From Candidatus Iainarchaeum sp. (GTDB lineage Archaea > Iainarchaeota > Iainarchaeia > Iainarchaeales > CSSED10-239), in assembly GCA_028700115.1 (NCBI GenBank), contig JAQVTI010000003.1, positions 1 through 32,000 on the forward strand: a stretch of DNA of 32,000 nucleotides, written 5' to 3'. Position 1 is the stretch's first letter, and the number at the start of each line of letters is the position of its first letter. The notes beneath the pieces are model-generated. The model was given only the letters and a program-made list of their open reading frames with translations, was not told where the DNA came from and searched no databases. Below are positions 18,046-26,791 of this stretch, piece by piece. The position numbers were made by a program, and so were the translations under genes.

Positions 18046-19581
18046 ATGAATCAAAAATATAAAGAAAAAATAAAAATATTTTTTAAAAATAAAAATATAA
18101 AAAAAATAACAAAAGAAAATTTACAAAATTTAAAATCAGAATTTGCAAAAAAATACAATTTAAAAAAATTACCCTTAACATCAGATATAACAAATATATT
18201 GAAAATAAAAAACCCAACAAAAACATTTATTACAAAACCATCAAGAACACTTTCTGGAGTCACAATAATTGCAGTTATGACAAAACCAGATGTTTGCCCA
18301 GGAAAATGTATTTTTTGCCCATCATATAAAGATGCTCCTAAAAGTTATACAGGATTTGAACCAGCTGCAATGAGGGGGGCAATAAATAATTTTGATCCAT
18401 ATAAACAAATAAAAGAAAGATTAAAACAATTAGAAGCAACAGGGCATCCAACTACAAAAATAGAAATGATAATTATGGGGGGTACCTTTCCATCTACTTC
18501 TATAGAATATCAAAAAGAATTTATGATAAAAGTATATCAAGCAATAACAGATTCTAAAAGCAAAAATATAGACCTACTTAAAAAAAAAGCAATGACATCA
18601 AAAAGAAGACTTGTAGGACTTACATTTGAAACAAGACCAGATTATTGTGATGAAAAAATAATAAGACGATTAATAGATTTTGGAGCAACAAGAATAGAAA
18701 TTGGAGTTCAATCTACAGATAATAAAATACTTAAATATGTAAAAAGAGGACACGGAACAAAAGAATCTATAATTGCAACAGAAAAACTAAAAGATTCAGG
18801 ATTAAAAGTACTTTATCATATGATGTTAAATTTACCTAAAAGCAATTATAAAAAAGATCTTAAAATGTTTGAAGAAATAACTACTAATGAAAAATATTGC
18901 CCAGATATGCTAAAAATATACCCTTGCTTAGTTACAAAATATACAGTACTTGAAAAAATGTATTATTCTGGAGAATACAAAGTATATGACGACCAAAAAA
19001 CTATAAATCTTTTAGCAGATATTAAAGAAAAAATACCACGATGGATTAGAATAATGAGAATACAAAGAGATATACCTGCTACAAAAATAATTGGGGGTAT
19101 TAAAAAAAGTAATCTTAGAGAATATGTTAAAAAAGAACTAAACAAAAGAAACAAAAAATGTAAATGTATTAGATGTAGAGAACCAAATAAAAATAATACT
19201 AATATAGATTTTAAAAAATATGAAATAAAAATTGAAACATATAAAGCATCAAAAGGAATAGAATACTTTATATCAGCAGAAAAAGATGATGTGATTTTTG
19301 GATTTATTAGACTTAGAATACCTTATAAACCATTTTTAGAAGAATTAGATAAAAAAACAGCAATTGTTAGAGAATTACATGTCTATGGACAAGCAACCGA
19401 ATTAGGTCAAAAAAACTTACAACATAGAGGAATTGGAAAAAAACTATTAAAAAAAGCAGAAGAAATAACAAAAGAAAATAAATTAAAAAAAATTGCAATA
19501 ATTAGTGGAATAGGTGTAAGAGAATATTATAAAAAATTAGGATATAAACTAAAAAAAGCATATATGATAAAGGAATTTTAA
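18046..19581 (+). CDS. elp3: Elp3-family radical-SAM/GNAT tRNA U34 modification enzyme
   Basis: Radical-SAM cluster CPGKCIFCP; the RIEIGVQS and YHMM blocks; and a C-terminal GNAT domain with HRGIGKKLLKKAE. The length of 511 aa is typical for archaeal Elp3. Confidence 0.9.
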   Translation: MNQKYKEKIKIFFKNKNIKKITKENLQNLKSEFAKKYNLKKLPLTSDITNILKIKNPTKTFITKPSRTLSGVTIIAVMTKPDVCPGKCIFCPSYKDAPKSYTGFEPAAMRGAINNFDPYKQIKERLKQLEATGHPTTKIEMIIMGGTFPSTSIEYQKEFMIKVYQAITDSKSKNIDLLKKKAMTSKRRLVGLTFETRPDYCDEKIIRRLIDFGATRIEIGVQSTDNKILKYVKRGHGTKESIIATEKLKDSGLKVLYHMMLNLPKSNYKKDLKMFEEITTNEKYCPDMLKIYPCLVTKYTVLEKMYYSGEYKVYDDQKTINLLADIKEKIPRWIRIMRIQRDIPATKIIGGIKKSNLREYVKKELNKRNKKCKCIRCREPNKNNTNIDFKKYEIKIETYKASKGIEYFISAEKDDVIFGFIRLRIPYKPFLEELDKKTAIVRELHVYGQATELGQKNLQHRGIGKKLLKKAEEITKENKLKKIAIISGIGVREYYKKLGYKLKKAYMIKEF

Positions 19582-19584
19582 AAT

Positions 19585-19890
19585 ATGGAAAATAAAGACA
19601 AACTTATAAATATATTAGAAGAAGATCCTGAACTATACAAAATAATAAACTCAAAAGAAATTATGCAAATATTAGAACAAATAAAAACAAAACCACAAAA
19701 AAAAGAAGAAATAACAAGAAAAATATATTTTAAAAAAGTATCTATACTATATAATATATTAGATATCCTTATTAAAAAAAAAATAATAAAAAAAATAGAT
19801 ATTGAAAATAAAGAAATATATTATATTACAGATAAGGGTAATGAATTTATGGACTTATGTTATATTGCAAAAAAGAAATATAATATTTAA
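19585..19890 (+). CDS. Small winged-helix DNA-binding protein (ArsR/TrmB-like)
   Basis: 101 aa. IMQILEQIKTKPQKKEEITRKI....VSILYNILDILIKKKIIKKID...KEIYYITDKGNEF follows the H2-H3-wing pattern. It starts 4 nt after the elp3 stop. Confidence 0.5.
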   Translation: MENKDKLINILEEDPELYKIINSKEIMQILEQIKTKPQKKEEITRKIYFKKVSILYNILDILIKKKIIKKIDIENKEIYYITDKGNEFMDLCYIAKKKYNI

Positions 19891-19897
19891 AAAAATT

Positions 19898-19905
19898 GGT
19901 GGTGA
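19898..19905 (+). promoter_or_regulatory. Shine-Dalgarno GGTGGTGA for the 19910 start
   Basis: GGTGGTGA lies 4 nt before the ATG at 19910. Confidence 0.5.
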
Positions 19906-19909
19906 ATAA

Positions 19910-20260
19910 ATGAAAACATTTTTAGGAGTCTTAAGTACAGGAAAAGGTACATGGGGGCAAGTAGCACACATTGTAGATAATACTGATTATCAAGAAGTTT
20001 ATTTAATTTCAAATGAATGGGCACAAGATAAATTTAGTTGTTCAAAAAAAGTAAATTGGATAATAATAGATCCAAGAAAAGGATTTAGTGAAATTTTAGG
20101 AGATATTGAAGAACAATTCCCAAAAAATTTAACAGAAATAGATTTAAATATACATTCTGGAAGTGGAAAAGAACATAGTGCAATATTAGCAATATTACAA
20201 AAAAAGAAAATTAAATTTAATATAATAACTATAAATGCAGAAGGAATTATAAAATATTAA
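19910..20260 (+). CDS. Small Rossmann-like alpha/beta protein, unknown function (possible CARF-like fold)
   Basis: 116 aa with alternating strand/helix propensity: TFLGVLSTGKGTWG / EVYLISNE / VNWIIIDP / EIDLNIHSGSGKEHSAILAIL / FNIITIN. A strong SD supports it as a real gene. The fold assignment is only pattern-based. Confidence 0.55.
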   Translation: MKTFLGVLSTGKGTWGQVAHIVDNTDYQEVYLISNEWAQDKFSCSKKVNWIIIDPRKGFSEILGDIEEQFPKNLTEIDLNIHSGSGKEHSAILAILQKKKIKFNIITINAEGIIKY

Positions 20261-20272
20261 ATTCCTTAAAAA

Positions 20273-20277
20273 GAGGT
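20273..20277 (+). promoter_or_regulatory. Shine-Dalgarno GAGGT for the TTG start at 20284
   Basis: AGAGGT lies 6 nt upstream of TTG. This supports a non-ATG initiation codon for the giant ORF. Confidence 0.45.
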
Positions 20278-20283
20278 ATTTAT

Positions 20284-23200
20284 TTGAAAAACTATAAAAT
20301 TATAGTATTTATTTTTTTAATGCTACTGTGTGGGCTATCAGGATGTATTCATTTAATAAACACACAAGGAAAACAAGCCTGTATTTCGCTTACACATTTT
20401 TCAAATAACACCATACCTTCTTGTAACACACAAAAAACATGCTATCAAAAAGTAGAAAATTTAAATTTTATTGAAGCAAAAACAACTATTTCTATAAATA
20501 ATAACTTACTTACATATAAAAATGAATTAGCAAATGCATATTATCACTTTAATGAAAGTAAAAAAATATTAGAAACAATAAATAATGAATGTAAAAAAGA
20601 ATTACCAAAAGATATAGAAAACACATTAAATGACTTTTTTTATTATTCTGGAAAAATTATCAAAAATATAGATTCTCTTTCTGAAAAAAGTATAATTTTA
20701 TTACAAAATTGGTTATTATATTTAGATGACCAAGAAATAGAATTAATTTCTGAAGAAGAAATATATAAAGATTTTATAGTAATAAATCAAAATTTAAATG
20801 AACTTAGAGAAGAAACAAATCAAAATACATATATTGGACAATTAAATTATGAAATAAAAACATTACATGAAATCTCTACAAAATTTGGATTTAAAGAAAC
20901 ATACTTAAATGAATCTGACTTTATAGATGTTTATAAATATTATTTAAAATTTGTAGAAGAAGATATAAATTCTATACTAATTCCCAAAATACTTAAAAGT
21001 TATAATTATCTTATGACTAAAATATCAAAATCACATGATTTATTAAAAATAAATGAATTATTAGAAAAAGCAGACAATTATAATTATTACTTATTATTAG
21101 ACAGATTTGTGGGAACAAATAAATCAATTACAACAGAATTTATTGAATTAAATAACAAAATAAATCTAGATTTAATAGAAATATATAATAAAATAGATAC
21201 TATAGAAAAATATATAGAAGAAAATAAAGAAAATATAGATGTAGAAAAATATAATTATTTTGAAATAGATAAAAGAAAATTTAAAGAAAAAAAACAAACA
21301 ATTGGAAAATATTTAAATAATTTAAAAAATATAGAAAATGAAATTAAGATTAATAAAAATCAAATAGAATTACAAGATAAAGAAATAATACAAAAAATAA
21401 AAGAATGTGATGATATTATAGAGATTGCAAAAGAATATGAAAATAAATATTTTAAAAATCTTGTGAAAATATATGAAAATGGAAATAATCTTGAAAAAAT
21501 ATTAAGTTGTGAACAAATTAAAGAAGCAATAAACGAAAAAGACAATTGTCTTATAACTTTAGAAAATATATTTGAATTAAACTTAGAAGAAATAGAAGAA
21601 ATGCAAATAACTAATTATACGGATCCAAAAAAATGTGAAGAAATACTTTATACAATTGAAGAAAAATTAAATTATAATATTTATATTAATTATTTAAATA
21701 AATTACTTTTAAAAAATCAAAAAATGATAAATAATATAGAAAAAGAATTAGAAGAAAATCAATTTGAAAAAATATTAATTATTAAAAAATATAAACACGA
21801 AATTGAAGATCAAATAAAACAAAAAAATATATATAAAATAAAAGATATAGAACAAAAAATAGAATATCAAGAAAATATATCACAAGAAATGATTTTAATA
21901 AGTAAAGAAATAATATATAATTTCCCGGAAAAATATGTAGATATAAAAAATATTAATGAAAAAATATATTTAATGATAAAAAACCCATTTGAATACGAAT
22001 TAGAAGAAGTAGAAATTGAAAATAAATATGAAAACATAAAATTAATATCAAATAAATTAAGTAAATACAAAGAAAAAATAAAAATATCAAAACTAAAAAT
22101 TAATGAAAATTATTTTGAAATAGAATATATAAATAACAAATATATTTCACAAAACATAATATTACTTACAAAAGAATATGCATTAATTAAATTAAATATA
22201 CAAAATGAAATTAACAATATATGGGATAAAATTGAAATAGAAAATGTAATTGATGCAAGTGGAGATTTAGAATACTTTGATAAATTTAAGATATATTATC
22301 TAAGTAAAAAAAATAATGAAATAATTTATAAAAAAGATATATTAAATAAAACAATAATTTCAGAAAATATAGAAGAAGTAAATGACAATTTATATTTATT
22401 AAAAGACACTTATACTTTAAAAAATGTATGGATAGAAGATTTAGTTTGGGATTTAGAAATAGAAAAAAGAAATGATAAAGAAGTTGTAATTATAAAAATA
22501 AACACAATAGAAACAAATATATTTGAAAAAAACGGAAAAGAATATTTTACAATAGATATTAAAAAAAATAATATTAAAAAAATAGAAGAATACACATTAA
22601 GAAATAAAGAAGATATAATTAGAGATATAGAAAATATAATAATTGAACTAAACGAACTAAAACAAAGTAAATTTGAAAATGTAAAAGAATTAATTAAAAA
22701 TATAAAAATTACAAACATAAAAGATGAATATAATATATCAGAAATTAAAGAAATAATAAAATATAAAATAGAAATAGAAAATGCAAAAAAATTAGAAAAA
22801 GAATGTATAATAATAGAAAAAGAATTTATAAAAATGTATTCTAAAATTTTACAAATAGAAATAGATGAGAAAACAAAAATAAAAATTGAAAATTTATCAG
22901 ATACAAAATACAAAAATATTTTAAAAAATTATAACCTTTTAAAAGAAATATATGATGAAATATATATTGAACAAATATATAAAAAAGATCAACTACAAAA
23001 AGAAAATTTAATAAAAATTGAAGAAATTAAAGAAAAAATAAAATATTTAGATGAATATAAAATATATGAAAATAAAATTAAAGATATAGAATATAATAAA
23101 GAATATAATAAAATTACAGAACTAGAAATAGAAATAGAACAACAAATAGAAGAAAAAGCAAAAAAAATATATTTAAATATAATAGAAAACACACAAAATT

Positions 23201-23790
23201 TAAATGAAGAAGAATTACAAAAATTAATTGAAAAAATAATGTGGGTATTTACAGATTTTAGTTTAGAAGAATTATATAGTATAAAATATTACCCTATAAT
23301 TACAGAAAAAGATATAGATAGAATTGAAAAAAAACAGAAAATTTTAGATACAATTACATTTAATAAAGAAATTGATGAATACATAGAAAACTATGAAAAT
23401 GAAGAATATTTTTTAGCAATTAAAAAAATAGAAATAGAAACTTTAAAAAAATTAGAAGAATTAAATCTTGAAAAAAAATTATTAGAAGAAGGATTAGAAA
23501 ATATAAAAAACGATTCAAAAAAAGAATTAACCAATTTTATACAAGAAAATGAAAAAGAAGTTGAAATAATTAATGATCTAAAAAATAATTATGAAGAAGG
23601 TAAATATTTAAATGTAATTGCAAAAATTAGAACTCAAAAGATAGATGAAAAAACAAATAAATTAACTTATTTAATACCAATTGTAATTGTAATTATAATA
23701 TCCTTATTTTATATGTATAATAGATTAGAAATAAAAGAAAAAAAAGAAAAAAATATAAACAAAAAGAAAAAAGTCATAAGACATAATTAA
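20284..23790 (+). CDS. Giant (1168 aa) envelope coiled-coil protein with N-terminal lipobox-type signal and C-terminal membrane anchor
   Basis: The N-terminus MKNYKIIVFIFLMLLCGLSGC has an h-region followed by L-S-G-C. Next comes a Cys-containing head (C33, C47, C53, C103). Long E/K/I/N heptad-like stretches are interrupted by a beta-rich middle section (aa ~560-770, e.g. IYLMIKNPFEYELEEVEIEN, VVIIKINTIETNIFEKNGKEYFTIDI). The C-terminus has the TM LTYLIPIVIVIIISLFYMY and a basic tail KEKKEKNINKKKKVIRHN. Confidence 0.7.
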   Translation: MKNYKIIVFIFLMLLCGLSGCIHLINTQGKQACISLTHFSNNTIPSCNTQKTCYQKVENLNFIEAKTTISINNNLLTYKNELANAYYHFNESKKILETINNECKKELPKDIENTLNDFFYYSGKIIKNIDSLSEKSIILLQNWLLYLDDQEIELISEEEIYKDFIVINQNLNELREETNQNTYIGQLNYEIKTLHEISTKFGFKETYLNESDFIDVYKYYLKFVEEDINSILIPKILKSYNYLMTKISKSHDLLKINELLEKADNYNYYLLLDRFVGTNKSITTEFIELNNKINLDLIEIYNKIDTIEKYIEENKENIDVEKYNYFEIDKRKFKEKKQTIGKYLNNLKNIENEIKINKNQIELQDKEIIQKIKECDDIIEIAKEYENKYFKNLVKIYENGNNLEKILSCEQIKEAINEKDNCLITLENIFELNLEEIEEMQITNYTDPKKCEEILYTIEEKLNYNIYINYLNKLLLKNQKMINNIEKELEENQFEKILIIKKYKHEIEDQIKQKNIYKIKDIEQKIEYQENISQEMILISKEIIYNFPEKYVDIKNINEKIYLMIKNPFEYELEEVEIENKYENIKLISNKLSKYKEKIKISKLKINENYFEIEYINNKYISQNIILLTKEYALIKLNIQNEINNIWDKIEIENVIDASGDLEYFDKFKIYYLSKKNNEIIYKKDILNKTIISENIEEVNDNLYLLKDTYTLKNVWIEDLVWDLEIEKRNDKEVVIIKINTIETNIFEKNGKEYFTIDIKKNNIKKIEEYTLRNKEDIIRDIENIIIELNELKQSKFENVKELIKNIKITNIKDEYNISEIKEIIKYKIEIENAKKLEKECIIIEKEFIKMYSKILQIEIDEKTKIKIENLSDTKYKNILKNYNLLKEIYDEIYIEQIYKKDQLQKENLIKIEEIKEKIKYLDEYKIYENKIKDIEYNKEYNKITELEIEIEQQIEEKAKKIYLNIIENTQNLNEEELQKLIEKIMWVFTDFSLEELYSIKYYPIITEKDIDRIEKKQKILDTITFNKEIDEYIENYENEEYFLAIKKIEIETLKKLEELNLEKKLLEEGLENIKNDSKKELTNFIQENEKEVEIINDLKNNYEEGKYLNVIAKIRTQKIDEKTNKLTYLIPIVIVIIISLFYMYNRLEIKEKKEKNINKKKKVIRHN

Positions 23791-23842
23791 AAAAGAATTG
23801 GTTCTATATTATATTTGTAATATAAAAATTATTGGGATATAT

Positions 23843-25015
23843 ATGGACATTAAAAAAATAACATTATTTATTATATTTATAATATTAATTACAACAAATA
23901 TATTTGCAGAAACAATAGAAACTAAAAGCTTTGAAGAACTTAATTTTAATACAATGATTGTAAAAAAAAATACAGAAATTTGTTTTGAAAATAAATTTGA
24001 TGAACTTAAAACAAAGACAGATAGTAAATATTATTTGACATTAATAATTGAAAATTATGTAAAAACAACAAAAGATTTAAACATAAATATATATCTTAAT
24101 GATAAATTTGAAAAAAATATACAAAATAATAAAATATTAAAAGAAAATATTATTAAATTAAAAAATATATCGAATATTAAAGAAAATAATTTAAAAATAT
24201 GTATATCTAATAATTATATTCCAGAACTAATTATTTCTAAAAAAAGTAAAATAGGAACTTATAATCTTGCAGAAATTTTAGAAACAAATTTTTATCAAAT
24301 AACTCCAGAAAAAGGTTATATTAATGACTTAATACCTGTAGAAATATTTATAAAAAATACAGGTTCTGGAAAAATATTTGTAAATTTATATAATGCATAT
24401 GAAACATATTTAAAAAATTCAAACTTAGATAATGTGTCAGGCCAAACAACCTATTTTGGAGAAATATACCCTGGAGAAATAAAATCAATAAAATATTTTA
24501 TAAAAACAGATAATTCAAAAACTTATTTGACACCAAGAGCATATGTAGAATATATAGATGAATTTGATAAAAAAAAGACAATATATACAAATCAAAATAT
24601 AATAAATCTATCAGAAAATCAAGAAAAAATAAAAGCAATAATAGATATTTCTAAGAATTCTACCCAAAACAATACTCTTTCTGGAAATTTAATAATTATT
24701 AATCAAAGTTTAGAAAATATTAAAAATATATATATAATTCCAGAATATGAAGAATATATAACACTTGAAAAAGAAGAAATTAAACAAATAAATAAAAAAG
24801 ATATAATAGAAATACCATTTAAAATAAATACACCTGAAATTAAAGAATATTCTTTATTATTTAAAATAAATTATGAAGATCAAGAAAAAATAAAACAAAC
24901 AACAACAGAAAAAATAAAAATAAATACAGAACCAGAAAATACAAAAATACTAACTATAACTTCTATATTAATTGCACTAACAATTATATTATTTATATGG
25001 GTATTTAAATTTTAA
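23843..25015 (+). CDS. Secreted beta-rich protein with C-terminal TM anchor (CARDB/COG1361-like pattern), hypothetical
   Basis: I moved the start to ATG 23843, which gives the clean signal peptide MDIKKITLFIIFIILITTNIFAET. Two segments have an Ig-like envelope-domain pattern (IPVEIFIKNTGSGKIFVNL...GEIYPGEIKSIKYFIKT; LSGNLIIINQSLENIKNIYIIP...IIEIPFKINT). The C-terminal TM is ILTITSILIALTIILFIWVF. Confidence 0.55.
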   Translation: MDIKKITLFIIFIILITTNIFAETIETKSFEELNFNTMIVKKNTEICFENKFDELKTKTDSKYYLTLIIENYVKTTKDLNINIYLNDKFEKNIQNNKILKENIIKLKNISNIKENNLKICISNNYIPELIISKKSKIGTYNLAEILETNFYQITPEKGYINDLIPVEIFIKNTGSGKIFVNLYNAYETYLKNSNLDNVSGQTTYFGEIYPGEIKSIKYFIKTDNSKTYLTPRAYVEYIDEFDKKKTIYTNQNIINLSENQEKIKAIIDISKNSTQNNTLSGNLIIINQSLENIKNIYIIPEYEEYITLEKEEIKQINKKDIIEIPFKINTPEIKEYSLLFKINYEDQEKIKQTTTEKIKINTEPENTKILTITSILIALTIILFIWVFKF

Positions 25016-25037
25016 AAAAAATTAAATCTTTAAAAAA

Positions 25038-26780
25038 TCAAATAATTCTATGAAATAATTTATCCATATCTTTCATACTTAAAAAAATAACACTTGGTCT
25101 GCCATGTGCACAAATAACACTATTATTAACCTTACTTAATTTTGAAATTAAATTTATTTGCTCAGAAATACTTAATTTACAATTTGCTTTTATAGATTGT
25201 TTACAAGACTTTAATTTAATTAAATTATCTTTTAATTTAGAAAAAGACATCACATTATTTTTTAAATCATCTAAAACATTTATGAAATAATTTTTATCAA
25301 AAAGTTTATTTAAAAAAATTGGAATAGAAATTAAATTTATTGAAAAATTATCAATAATTTCAAAATTAAAACCAAGTTTTTTAATTAAATCTAAATTTTT
25401 ATATAAAACCTCTGCTTGAGATTCATCTAAAGAAATATATATTGGAGAAATTAAATTTTGAAAATCTACACTTTCTGAAAATTTTAGTCTATTTTCTTCT
25501 AAGTTAATTCTTTCATCAGCAGCGTGTTGATCAATAATTAAAAATCCATCTTGGGTCTCACAAACAATATAAGTATTATGAATTTGCCCAACAATAGAAG
25601 TTATTTCTTTATCTAATAATTTTATATTTTTAAAAGAAGAATAATCATAAAAAGACTGTTGAGAATTATTAGAAGATAAATTAGTAAAAAAAGAATTTGG
25701 GGTAGAAAAATCTTTTAAATTAGAATAACTTAATTTAGTAGAAATATTTAAATTATTAGACAAATCAGACTTTGCAAAATAATTAAAATTACTAACATCA
25801 TTAGAAATACTTTTACCTAGATGCTTATCTAAAATTTTTGTTAAATCTTTTCTAAGCTCGGATAAAAATAATAATTCATTAAATAATTTAACAAATCTTT
25901 TTTTGGGATGTACATTTACATCAACAGTAGTAGAATCTATATCTATAAATAAAATAAAAAAAGGCTTTTGTTGAATCATTAAATAATCTTTATAAGCACT
26001 TGTAATTGCTTTATATATTTGAGAAGAAAAAACAAATCTATTGTTTATAAATAAATAACTATTTGGCAAAAAAATAGGTTTTGCAGGATTACTTAAAAAA
26101 CCTTTTAACTTAAATAAAGAATTATCTATATTTATAGGAATTGTCTTTAATTTAATTTCATTACCAAAAATTTGAATCATACGATTTTCTAAAGAAGTAG
26201 CTTGTAAATTTATATTTTTTTTCTCAGAAGAAAAATTGAAACTAATGTGAGGATACATTAAAGAATACGCTATAAAAACATCATATAATTTAGAAAACTC
26301 AAAAGATTTAGATTTTAAAAATTTTTTTCTAACAGGAATATTTTCAAATAAATTTTTAATAATAAAAGTAGTTCCTTTAAGTGAAGGACAACTTTCTAAA
26401 ACCCCATTATAAAAAGAATAACCCTCTCCAGAATTATTTGTAGATGAAATTATTTTTAAATCAGAAACTGCATTTATACTTGCTAATGCTTCTCCTCTAA
26501 AACCAAATGAATTTAAAGAAAAAAGATCATCTATAGACAAAAGCTTACTTGTAGTGTGTCTTTCTAAACAAATTTTTAAATCATCTTTAGAAATACCATT
26601 ACCATCATCTTTAATTTCTATAAGATCTATTCCTGAATTTTTAATAGAAATTATTATTTTATTAGCAAAAGCATCAATAGAATTTTCAATTAATTCCTTT
26701 AAAATATCTGCAGGAGATTCAATTACTTCTCCGGCACTAATTAAATTAATTGTATTATCATTTAATTTTTTAATAACCAT
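25038..26780 (-). CDS. mutL: DNA mismatch repair protein MutL (endonuclease-type)
   Basis: GHKL ATPase motifs ELIENSIDA, DDGNGIS, GFRGEAL and GTTF are present. The C-terminal endonuclease motifs are DQHAADERINLE (25497-25532), SCK, CAHGRP (25095-25112) and FHR. Confidence 0.92.
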   Translation of the reverse strand: MVIKKLNDNTINLISAGEVIESPADILKELIENSIDAFANKIIISIKNSGIDLIEIKDDGNGISKDDLKICLERHTTSKLLSIDDLFSLNSFGFRGEALASINAVSDLKIISSTNNSGEGYSFYNGVLESCPSLKGTTFIIKNLFENIPVRKKFLKSKSFEFSKLYDVFIAYSLMYPHISFNFSSEKKNINLQATSLENRMIQIFGNEIKLKTIPINIDNSLFKLKGFLSNPAKPIFLPNSYLFINNRFVFSSQIYKAITSAYKDYLMIQQKPFFILFIDIDSTTVDVNVHPKKRFVKLFNELLFLSELRKDLTKILDKHLGKSISNDVSNFNYFAKSDLSNNLNISTKLSYSNLKDFSTPNSFFTNLSSNNSQQSFYDYSSFKNIKLLDKEITSIVGQIHNTYIVCETQDGFLIIDQHAADERINLEENRLKFSESVDFQNLISPIYISLDESQAEVLYKNLDLIKKLGFNFEIIDNFSINLISIPIFLNKLFDKNYFINVLDDLKNNVMSFSKLKDNLIKLKSCKQSIKANCKLSISEQINLISKLSKVNNSVICAHGRPSVIFLSMKDMDKLFHRII

Positions 26781-26791
26781 AAATATTCAAC

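Noticed and set aside
23798-23842. ORF-track N-terminal extensions using TTG/GTG or upstream ATG starts (23798 TTG, 4088 GTG, 5798 TTG, 9622 ATG, 10943 ATG, 17215 GTG).
   Set aside because: In each case a downstream ATG has a better-placed SD box, gives a cleaner N-terminus (signal peptide or conserved start such as MASDKPH, MQTARI), or forms a stop/start overlap with the preceding gene. The upstream codons partly constitute the SD itself.
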